A stretch of DNA of 62,688 nt, the filler included, from Catajapyx aquilonaris (Eukaryota): NCBI GenBank assembly GCA_000934665.2. It is 2 parts of 2 records of this genome, joined end to end, with 100 filler letters (N's around TTAATTAATTAA, not from the genome) between each part and the next. Parts side by side here need not be neighbours in the genome. Positions count along the whole stretch, not along the records: positions 1 to 31,305 come from JYFJ02004546.1; positions 31,406 to 62,688 come from KZ539166.1. One strand, written 5' to 3'. The position numbers were made by a program, and so were the translations under genes. The notes under the pieces were generated by a model that was given only the letters and a program-made list of their open reading frames with translations, did no database searches and was not told where the DNA came from. Below, one piece after another: positions 24,581 through 35,542 of this stretch (position 1 is the first letter of the stretch; the number at the start of each line of letters is the position of its first letter).

Positions 24581-27500
24581 ATGGAGTTACAAGAAAAGTA
24601 TAGTCAAAGGTAAGCCACTTTTTAGAGCATGCGTGAGCTTGGCATCCTTCCAATATGTAGGCTACAGTATCAGCAGGCGTAAGTGCATGGAGCCAAGCCT
24701 TCTTACGTAGCAGAGGTTTTCTAACACATGTCAATCCTGGATATAATTTTTGGCAAATTCCTGATTTTTCCAGTGTTGGAAAGATGGGTGATAGTGAAGA
24801 GACCGTAGGAGAGGACACGGCTCTGTGCTCGGGCAGTGGTCAAGATGATGACATCGTCAAACCTACACTCATGGAGGTGCTAGTGAAGGGAGACCTTGAA
24901 GGCTTCCGGTTAGCCCTGAAATATGCCACGAGATATGAGGTCCGTTTCGCACTGGTCAGGTGTGGGGAATGCAGAATAATGGAATGAGATGATAATTATA
25001 ATACTCTGATTTCATGACACAAGATGTAATGCATATCCGCCGTCCAGTGCTCTTAATTCCAGGAAAAATTTTCACAACAAGTATTGTTTCCACCAAATGC
25101 TTACTTCTGCTAAACTACGAGTATAGTTGCTGAATCTAACAATCCGTAAAGCTTCCGCTAATTTAATCGCTTTGATGTCACTGGGCAGTGAACATCGGGC
25201 CTGTATAGTGACCTGATGGGTTGCTCTTCTTGGATCTTCCTGTCCCTATATTATACTCATGCCCTGACACTTGCATTATTTTTTTAACGAAATAATGTTG
25301 CTGGATTCACAATATATTACTTTCAACAATGTCAACAATGAAGGGAAATGTATTATATAGTGCCATTATCCATACATCAGTACCATGCTCTTAATAAATC
25401 AATAGCACTGTTCATTCAAAGAATGGTACCGACGTACTGAGAATGATGCTTAAATTGTTAGTTTCATATAGTTGTTGACATTGTTGAAGGGCCCATTTAG
25501 ACGACACCGTCAATGCCATTCTTAAGTGCTCACGGAAATATTGCAGGTGAGATTGTCTAATTCACGTAATATGTAACTCGATGGAAAAACATCTCAGTCG
25601 CATGTGTCCAATTACTTCCTAAATAACCGACTACTCGCTTTTGAGTAAATTCAAACCTTCTATCCATCATTTCCGCAATTTATGTCTTCAGCTTCTAACG
25701 CAACCCGGAATGGTCCAATATTAATTTTATATTAATTTCCCTCTTGTATATACGGGATAAACAAACGCAGCTCTGAATTAAAATTTTCGTCCATATGGCC
25801 CGGTTAATGGTGCTTTAAACCTAGTTAAACTAATCATCCTCTGCAAGAGCCTGTGCTGATCATATGGTGAAAGGTTTACAGCCTACACTTTTAGGATAGT
25901 ATGAGGGAGAATCAGAAAGTAATTCAGATTTTTTTTTTAATTCAGAGGTTTCACTAAATAAACTGAAACTGAGATGTACATATGAAAGTGCAAGCCTTTC
26001 TATAATTTTAGACATAGTCACCATACAATTTGGTGCATTTGTTCCATCAGGACACGAGTTTTTCCATACCCCTGCAGAAAAAAGCTGTCAGAAAAAAGCC
26101 AGTGACGGATGGCCTCTTTCACTTCCTCGATGTCGCTGAAGTTCTGACCTGCCAGGTGCTTCTTCATTGGCCCAAAGAGATGGTAGACCATGGTTAAAAC
26201 CATATTTTTGGACCAAAAAAGAAGCATCTGGCAGGTCAGATCTTCAGTGTCGGTGGGAAGCCAGTGTGGGATGGCCTCTTTCACTTCCTCGGTGTCGCTG
26301 AGATCTTGAGAAGCTAGTGCTTTTTTTTAGTCCAAAGAGGTGGTTTTACCCATGGTCCACCATCTCTTTGGACCAATGAAGAAGCACCTGGCAGGTCAGA
26401 ACTTCAGCGACATCGAGGAAGTGAAAGAGGCCATCCGTCACTGGCTTCCCACCCAGTCTTACGCTTTTTTTCTGCAGGGGTATGGAAAAACTCGTGTCCT
26501 GATGGGACAAATGCACGAAATTGTATGGCGACTATGTCTGAAATTATAGAGAGACTTGCACTTTCATATGTGTATCTCAGTTTCAGTTTATCTAGTGAAG
26601 CCTCTGAATTAAAAAAGTTCTCAATTACTTTCTGATTCTCCCTCGTATATGCATAATATTATTATCACGGCATTATCACGCTAGGGTTTTCTCAATAAAA
26701 TGAAAAGATTACAACTTTTACAAGATTGTTCTCAATGATGTCTGTCAGGTTTTAACGGTCTGAATATTATACTGTTGTCAATGAAAACAACACTAGTATC
26801 AGCCATCAGCATATCACAGACATTATTTGGATATACCAGGGTGTAAATGAATTCAATCGACAAACTTGTAGGGGTAATAGAGGGGACCAAGACAAGTATT
26901 TTCGACATAGGAACCCATGTCCGGAAACGCCATCTAGAGGGGGTTCATAGACAAGGAACGGGTGCGCTCAGACGCGTCAGGAGGGAGGCGCTAGGCGAGC
27001 GGACTGTTTTGTTGATAGAGGACGCGCAGTTGTTGCCAGGTTATGGCATATCGCGACGTCGTAAGCAAACAACGACGTGATACGCCATAACATGGCAACA
27101 ACAGAACCGTTGTTTACTCTCCACGCGTCTCCTAGGAGGCGTACTTTAGTTGCTAGATGGCTCTGTTGTTGCCAGGTTAAGGCGCATCTCACCTTTATTT
27201 ACTATCCGAGCGCCATCTATCAACAAATCAGTCTGCTTGCCTAGCGCCTCCCGCGTGGAGCGTCTGAGCGCACCCGTTCCTCGTCTATGAACCCCCTCTA
27301 GATGGCGTTTCCGGACACGGGTTCCTATGTCAAAAATACTTGTCTTGGTCCCCTCTATTACCCCTACAAGTTCGTCGATTGAATTCATTTACACCCTGTA
27401 GATATGTAATATCTCAGACATGCCAGTAGTCTAAGTATAATCTACAAATATTATACTCATATTATTATACTGCATGATAGAATTCCCTTGAACACGTAAC

Positions 27501-30407
27501 TCAATCTTACTCGCTATTGAAACTTTAAAGTGACGGACCAATCCATCAATCCGCCTATTTAGATCAACAGGACATACATTATTGCTAAAGTATGTTTTAG
27601 ACTTGAGGTAAATTCCTACATTGTCATAATGATGCCACTGTTGCACAAAATGCTGTGTATGTTACAAGAATGAAATAATAATAATAGTTCCGTCTGTACT
27701 CATTCAGATCAACGCCCAATACGACAAGGATGATAAGTCGTACACGTGCTTGGAATACGCCAGCGAACATGGTATGGTGGACTTTGTCACCTCTCTTTTT
27801 CTGGAGCATGATGCCGACCCCGGGATCTACAACAACATCTTGCACGGCAATGCCATTACATTAGCCGCCAAGGAAGGACACTATGCAGTACTCAAGTGCT
27901 TCCTGGGTCCAGACATCGACATCGACATCGACATCGGGGGAAACGAGTTGCACCTAATGGTCCAGATCGGGGTGGCCTACAACAAAAAGTCTCTCGGCAC
28001 CACCCGCGTCATACGGATCCTCCACGATCTTCTGAACTTCACCAGTAGAGATGTATTAGACAAGAAGGACACCAATAAAGCCACACCAGTACACTTAGCG
28101 GCAGTCGGAGAATGGTGGGCTGGTGTGGAGGCCATACTGTACTACGGGCCGGACCTGAGCCTCGAAGTGAATGAACGTACCACCTGGAAGGTAATAAAAG
28201 ATAAACGTCCCGATCTGCTACATTATCATGGAATGCCGGTGGCACTACAACCCGTCGTTTGCGGATGGGAATCCTTGAAGGACAGGATGTTTTCAGCTTT
28301 GTACAACGGAGACACGAACGGTTTCCAGAAACTGGCACGGATTGCGCCCAATCTCGACGCTGCTGATGATAACGGCTACACCTTTCTGCAATTAGCCTGT
28401 AGAGACGGCTTGTACGACTGCGTCAAATCACTACTGGATAATGGAGCGAAACCTGACCAAACATGTCCTAACGCCGACGTCCCTCCCCCTGTGGCCATCG
28501 CCGCAATTCGTGGTTACCACAGAATACTCCGACAACTGAGAAACTACAAAGCTGACATCCAAATGTTTAGAGATTCTTCAGATGAGCGAACGGTGCTACA
28601 CCTAATCGCTCTTCATGCGTCACCATCCACTTGCGAGGAGCAAGATTACGACAAATGTTTACAAGAAGTGATGAAGAACCCGCCAGAAATAGACACACGA
28701 GATAGGTTTGGCAACACTGCTTTGCATTTCGCTGCAGAGAGGGAACACAAAAAAACGATAAAAGCACTGCTGCATAATGGGGCATCTTTAGGTGAGAATA
28801 ACTGTTCGGGCAAAACAGCATTGTCCATTATCCCACCGGATACTGTCCAAGAGTTCCTGGACGAGTGCATCGTGGAAACGGGCATCTGGGAAGCGGGCGA
28901 GATGGCATTTACATTCAAGTATGGGTTTTTAATGCCGAAAAGAAAGTCAGGTCCAGATTCGAGCCCTGATCCCGAGAAGCAAGATCCTGAAAAACATGAC
29001 TCCAACCTTTCAGAAACAAAAGAGTTGTGGTATCTCTGGCAGTCGAGGAAGCACCAGCACTTGCTGATGCACCCAGTACTCTCCAGCTTCCTTCACTTGA
29101 AGTTCCAGTGCATTGAAGGTATCTACTACTTCAACCTGCTTGTCCACACCATTTTTGTGTTGCTCTTGACATATTACTTGCACCTGTCGTTTGCTACGAC
29201 TGAACCCGAATCACAGTCCTCTAGGTATGTCGTTGCCTTGGTCAACGCAATATTCTTCCTTTTCATTGTCCTACGAGAATTGGTTCAGATGTCCGTATCT
29301 CTCAAGCGTTACATGATCAGCTTCGAAAACATATGCGAATCAGCCCTGATTGGCTTGACTATTCTGGTGGTGTACAGCCCCATAGAGCCAGAATACAAGC
29401 GCCACCTGGCTCCCTTCCTGATGCTGCTGGCCTGGTGCGAGGTCCTCTTCATCCTGGGACAACACCCGAGCCTCTCCACCTACATGACCATGTTTGCCAC
29501 AGTCAGCATTAGTTACATCAAGTTTCTGGCCATATTTTCCCTCCTGATATGCGCGTTTGCTCTGAGCTTCTCCCTGGTCTTCTACAAGTGCGAGGAAGCG
29601 TCTGATTGCGAGGCATTTCAATACCTCCCGACGTCTGTGCTGCGTACCTGCGTCATGATGATTGGAGAGTTCGAGTTCGGCTCCCTTCCATTTGAAGCCT
29701 TGCCTTACACCTCCAAGATCATCTTCTTCCTCTTCCTTTTCCTTGTCGTCATCGTCCTCCTGAATCTCCTCAATGGTTTGGCCGTCAGCGACACCCAAGA
29801 GATCCTAAAGCGCTCTGAACTCGACGGTTACGGATCGCGTCTCCAGCTCATCTCATACATCGAGTGCACAGCGTTGGGCGAAACCATGCCCTTCTACTTA
29901 ACATGGAGTCCGCCTAAATGGATGCGACAGTTGCCTGACTGTTCCTTGTACAGCGTGTGCCACAAAGTACCCAGGTTGCGCCGATTCATACGTCACTTCA
30001 CGTTTGGCAACACCGTGTTGCTGCGAAGTCTCTTGCCAGGGAACCAGCTCTCGGTGAGGACCTTTCCAGATGCGATTAAGGTATACCAGAAGGGGGTATA
30101 CCTAGACAAGCGGATTGCAGAAGCGGCGAAGACGATTGTGTTGGAGAGGAAGAGGCGAGCCAAGGAAAGGGAAGATTTCAGGGATATCCTGAAAAGGACG
30201 GACACGCTGGAGGAAAACAGAATCAGTAATGTACAAGTAAGAACGATGAGCAGTGACGTAAAGAAGATGAGCAGTGACATAGAGAATATGAGAAGTGATA
30301 TAGAAAAGATGAGCAGCAATATAGAAAAGATAAGCAGCAGTTTGAACGTGATGAGCAGCAGAATTGATCTCTTGTATAGTGAGATGATATCCAGGAATAG
30401 TGAATAA
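24581..30407 (+). CDS. pain: Painless-like TRPA cation channel, copy 5, intact, 964 aa (exons 24581-24609, 24774-24939, 27708-30407)
   Basis: Same exon structure and phases as copy 3 (second donor GTCCGT is weak). Ankyrin repeats, 6 TM, pore MMIGEFEF, NLLNGLAVSDTQ and an extended coiled coil. Confidence 0.88.
25902..26645. mobile_element. Palindromic mariner derivative built from two inverted 3' ends
   Basis: TA-flanked TIRs (T/C)GAGGGAGAATCAGAAAGTAATT. Both arms encode the mariner transposase C-terminus HLFGPMKKHLAGQNFSDIEEVKEAIRHWL in opposite orientations. Confidence 0.85.
26837..27398. mobile_element. Tc1/mariner-type MITE with long inverted arms
   Basis: CAGGGTGTAAATGAATTCAATCGAC...GTCGATTGAATTCATTTACACCCTG followed by TA. 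Arms exceed 150 bp, seen as mirror ORFs 26847+ and 27388-. Confidence 0.85.
30246..30371 (+). repeat. 21-bp coding tandem repeat (6 heptads) in the copy-5 coiled coil
   Basis: ATGAGCAGTGAC...AAG units encoding MSSDVKK MSSDIEN MRSDIEK MSSNIEK ISSSLNV MSSRIDL. Confidence 0.85.
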
Positions 30408-31150
30408 ACGTCTTTTCGAGTTTAACACTCTGAAATTGTCCCGTCGCGTCGCGTCGCTTCGAACAGTACCGGTGGGAGTTTCTACCACACCCAATTGTCC
30501 GTCCACGTATTGCTTCATGCCACTCTTGCAATTCTTGTAGCTCTAGTTCTAATCTGACAGGATAATTTTATCTTGAAAGTGTGACACACACGAGAAGACC
30601 ATGAAAGCTACAATGAGTTGTACATTCTGTAATTTATAACAGTCAAAGGATTGCTTTTCTTATTAGTTATTTTCTGTAATTCCATATATCTGTTACTAAT
30701 ACAAAGAGAAATAAAAATATATTAACTTACTATACAAATGACAAAATGTGAATATTACTGCAATTTCTTACAATATTCCAACAAACTTTAAGCTGTGGCG
30801 GTTCTTCTGATAAATAGTAGATGTCCCGACCTATCTTCGTGCAATGTCCCGTCCGGAATTCAGACCAATATATTACATTTCTATACGAATCATTTCCTGG
30901 CGTGAGTCAATCAACTTCAACGGCGATCTATTTCTCCGTTTTGCAAAGGTAAGAAAAGGATGTAGACCATCAATCAGATGATGGTGGAGTTCATTGGAGT
31001 ACTTTGTTTGGCCATTTAATATTATTATGTCATTTGTGTGAGAAAATTTCTGGGTATACCAAAGAAAAATAACACGAGTCTTGAATGTAAAAAAAGGAAA
31101 ATATAGTCTACCTTCTTTTACAAAATGTATATGTGAACATGACTAATATA

Positions 31151-31305
31151 CAGGGTGTATCTGAACTCAGTGCCCCGACGTATATGACTGCCTTCCTAGC
31201 CACCAGAGGATAGATTTAAGTATAGGAGTCATATGTCTGGGCAGCCTCATTACGGAGATAATTGGCCGCAAACATGTAGTACAAAATATCCTGTCGGTTA
31301 GGCCA
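31151..31305. mobile_element. Left end of a Tc1/mariner-type MITE, cut by the sequence gap
   Basis: TA then CAGGGTGTATCTGAACTCAGTGCCCCGACG; reverse complement of 910-1019. Confidence 0.75.
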
Positions 31306-31405
31306 NNNNNNNNNNNNNNNNNNNNNNNNNNNNNNNNNNNNNNNNNNNNTTAATTAATTAANNNNNNNNNNNNNNNNNNNNNNNNNNNNNNNNNNNNNNN
31401 NNNNN
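31306..31405. other. Artificial scaffold/contig linker
   Basis: 44 N + TTAATTAATTAA (31350-31361; stops in all six frames) + 44 N, exactly 100 nt. Confidence 0.9.
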
Positions 31406-31515
31406 ACCTTGTACCACTTGTACCGCTGCCACCATGTTGTGTTATCAGGGAGCTACCCAAAAGACTCGACTTGTCTTTGGAATGTCATCTAATCACTTTA
31501 CTAACAAACACTACC

Positions 31516-31547
31516 ATGGATACATGGATACATGGATACATGGATAC
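31516..31547. repeat. (CATGGATA)4 short tandem repeat
   Basis: Directly visible. Confidence 0.8.
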
Positions 31548-32207
31548 TACAACAATAACCAAATGAACACCGGAATTACGTAGCTGTTACCCCTTCACTG
31601 CATACTCAAAATTAGCGTTCTTGGCATTTCCCCTTGAAATGAAATGATGAAATTAAGTAGGATGACTTGCATTTGTGATCAAGGTGATAGTTATCTTTTG
31701 CTATGCACTAGCAGTAATCGGCCATCATTGGAATATCCCACCTGCCTTTGTATATTTTGGGTATATCTGGCACGCCTGATATTCTGGGTATGGTACTCTG
31801 TCCTGGAAGCAAAGAAGCAGAAATTAAAATTAAAAATCTGAAGTTGGCCCTACAGTATTCTAAATTACTTACCTGCGTTAGAATCGCTGGTAATACTAAA
31901 AGTATTATAGAAGCTGGCCTCATCGATTTTTTCTATTTGCATCTATTCATTAATGACAGAGAGAAGAGCATTGAGGGCATTAAACGAAAAGAAGGTTGCA
32001 CCAACACATGGTACAGTTCACGTCCTCCTGTTGGTATCGATTAGTTTGTTGCCTTTCCCACGACGAGCGTGCAACTGCAAGGGTGTTTGGGAGAGTAATG
32101 AATCGAAGGGACGGTACACATCTGGTCATTTTTATCATAAAGCTGCTGTTAGAGCGGCCTCATGTGGGTCCTGGGTGTAGGATAAAGCAACATTTTACAA
32201 TAAAAAT

Positions 32208-32251
<44 letters not shown>
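32208..32251. repeat. (TTG)n microsatellite
   Basis: Directly visible. Confidence 0.95.
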
Positions 32252-35200
32252 ATTCTTGCCAACTCGTAAGTTCCACTGCTAGAGCCAAGACTTTTTTTTT
32301 GGCTTGTATTTCAAATGTTTTTTTTTTTCACACTTGACCTACTCGTTTGAAGACAGAACGTGTCCTTCTGCATCCATCCATGCCCTCCAGCCCTCTTTTG
32401 ACCTCTAATGCGACCTTGCCAGCCTGACGACAGGTATCATACTGTAAATCATAACAAAGTATCCATATCTTCCGCTATCCAGTTACTTTCCGCCACCTTT
32501 GATTCCGACGTATTTCCCCCTGCAGCAAAGTGGTTCCGCAGATGGAAACAAAAATCGAGAACGGAAAAACTGTAGCAAGTTTAGCTGCCCCGCAGCACGA
32601 TGCCACCTTCCGCGAAATGCACAAGGTGATTGTGCTTCCCTCATTGAAATAAGTCACTTCCAGGAAATAACTTGTTTTCTAAGAAACATGAGATGGTATG
32701 TGTACTTTTTATATAGAAGGAAGGTTTTATGAGAGACATGATCATAATGTCGAATGGTGATTGCGATAACATGAGTGGAATAAGCCTGTATTCTGCAAAG
32801 AAAATTAATGCAGTTATAGTTGACCTGCAGTCACTAGTTGTGTGAATCAGTGCTAAAGGTGACAAGGAGCTAAGATAGAAATCCAAGGGAATATGACGAT
32901 AAGAAAATATGAAAGCAGGGTTGTTTGTATGCAGAGGTGATATGCGCCAAGTCGGCCAAGTCCACTGCGACACTCGGATGTCGCCTCTCGAGTGGCTGCT
33001 CTTTGACCCGGATCGATGATGGTTCTAGGTCCTATAGTAGCAGATGGGTCAATCAGAGGACTTTTACGTATAGAGGTGACTGGCAGTTGCAGGCTCATGC
33101 ATGCCTCGCTAACGGCCCCAATTCGTCAATGGAGGCGGATGTCAAATGGACACGAAGAATCTTGGTTTGGGCTTGCTTGGCCTTTTTTGTGCTGCTGCTC
33201 TCTTTCAGGTGTAAGGCAATGGGATGGCTTCCCATCCATTCATTCTGGACTGATTGAATGGCAGTTGGCCGGCCTCTTGCTCAGCGCGGAGTGCAGGTTA
33301 TTTAAAGGGAATGCGACATGCAGAAGGAATGATAAGGGTCATGGTGAGGTCGCTAAGGTACAGTACAGTATACGTGAGGGAACAGTGACATATAGACTCT
33401 GAAAATGCAAAAGGTGTGTTGGGTCTGTCATAAAACTACATACCTGTACTTGTTAGCCTCCCATAAGGTACGGTAAGTAGTTTCATCTATCATCCAGTAA
33501 TGACTTCCAGATTATTGTTAATCACTGGGAATGGCATGATGTGTAGGCACGCAATCTTTAACAACTTAATAATTAAGGCATAACCGCAAATGAATGTCCC
33601 TTATGCCTGCACTTGACGTGGGTCATTTTACCCCATCTCAGCACTGACTGCTGTATCGTTGGCCAAAGTACCAATTTTATCATACTAAAAATGCGACCCT
33701 CATGTTGTTCTGCACAAGCCATAACGCAATCAAGAGTGGCGCAGTCATACTTTTTTTCTATTATTTTGGCAAATGCACCGCAGTTCTAGGTAGTGTGTGT
33801 GAGAGCGAGAGACCACGGTAATATACGGTCCTTTCTGTATAAAACTGCGTGGAACTGGGGCTGCAATCTTGGGAATAGTCATATTGCGGTGCTGCTTGAG
33901 ACCTCATTTTCAAATAAAAGCGTTCCTTGTGGTTACGCTCAGCCCCTCATCAGGTCAGTAAAAATAATTAAATAGTAAATTGGTGTCTAAGTAACATGTA
34001 GGCCTATACTTACATTTCATATAAGAAAAGTAGGGTAATTATTATAAAAAGCCTTAGCATAACAGTATTTCTCCCAAAGTGCAGACTGTTATTGTACGCG
34101 ATGAGTGCATTGTGAAATTGCCCGGTACGTGAAATGGTGAAGAAGTTCTGGACTGTTTACCCGAGTAACCACAGGAAAAATAACTATCTTGAGAAGTACA
34201 TGAGTAGCAACAATCATAAGTGATTTATGTCCCTGGTTGTGACTTCCAACGGGTTGCTGAGATATATGGACATCAGCACCACCCCAGCTTACTTTCTGAG
34301 TAGCTATTACGTAATGATTTATTTATTGTGGTCGTCATTTAGATTTAATGAGGGTGGCATGAGCATGGCGATGTTGGAAAGAATTGAGAAACAATCATAG
34401 GGCCATACGGCGTTGCATATGTATAATACAGTATAATGAGTTAATGACTGAAGGATTCTTGCTTCGAAGAAAATCAAGTTTCGTTTGTCACTTTCTTTAA
34501 ATATGGATAATATTTTTCTTGTTGTCACTTTGAAGTGTATTTTTTGTTTCAAAATAATAGCAGTCGTTTCCTTGAACGATGAGCTTTTCTCAAGTGTTAG
34601 GTACGGTACTTTTCAGTGATCAAAACGTGTACCTCGTACCTAGCAAGTTAATTAATTTTCAAAATGCTACAAATTATTTTTGACAGCAATAATTTGACAT
34701 AACTCCATTTGGTTACTTGAGTAGAATAGCTTGAAGTGGCTCCCCTTTGTAAAACTGCAAACTGCAAACCTACAGTAATTACGTTAATTCAATATTGGCT
34801 GCACATTTGCGTAGAGGTACAGTACTTAAAGCCTGCTCATTTCAGTACAGTAATGAATTAAGTGATTTCTTCCTAATTGATAATATCAATTTTTTCATGC
34901 ATCTTCACTACTCATATGAACTACGTGATATAGTGCAAACAATATTGTAAAACACTACCATTAATCACACAACTTGCAGGATATCAAGTCCATATATCTT
35001 TGGAACAAGTGATTTTAATCTTTCCATTTTTCTCAATTTTACGTAAAGTAGCCTACCATTATTTTGTTACATGACGCAGTCGTTAACTTAAGGGGTACAT
35101 GCCATTTTTGTGTACTTACCTTACGTAATGTCAGACGTAGATGACATGTCTACGGCAGTGTCAAATTCACGCCGCAAGTCCAGACTGTAAGGTGGATATT

Positions 35201-35453
35201 AGTGGTTACGAAAGCTGATGCGCATGAGGATAAAGAGCATGTGCACGTTAACTTTTTGTATGATAGAGTAGCAGTTTCGGATCTCATTAATCGGCAGGAT
35301 TAATATGGCGCTTCATGGTACAAGAGAAACTTCCCAAAGCAAGGGGAAGGCAATTAGTTACGGTACAGAGAGATAAGCATTAGCCTTCATTATTATGAAC
35401 GTGCATTACATTGAATCAATTTATGCGCATGTAGAATTTGAGTGGTCAGTCGA

Positions 35454-35456
<3 letters not shown>

Positions 35457-35522
<66 letters not shown>

Positions 35523-35542
35523 AAGAAGAATAATAATAATAA
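35457..35542. repeat. Compound (AAT)n(AAG)n(AAT)n microsatellite
   Basis: Directly visible. Confidence 0.95.

Noticed and set aside
1370..30531. Many antisense and alternate-frame ORFs overlapping the TRPA exons
   Set aside because: Shadow ORFs of GC-richer coding sequence; they recur only because the genes are paralogous.
31996..32337. Poly-Cys ORF (and the poly-Ile ORF at 57463-57651)
   Set aside because: Translations of trinucleotide microsatellites.
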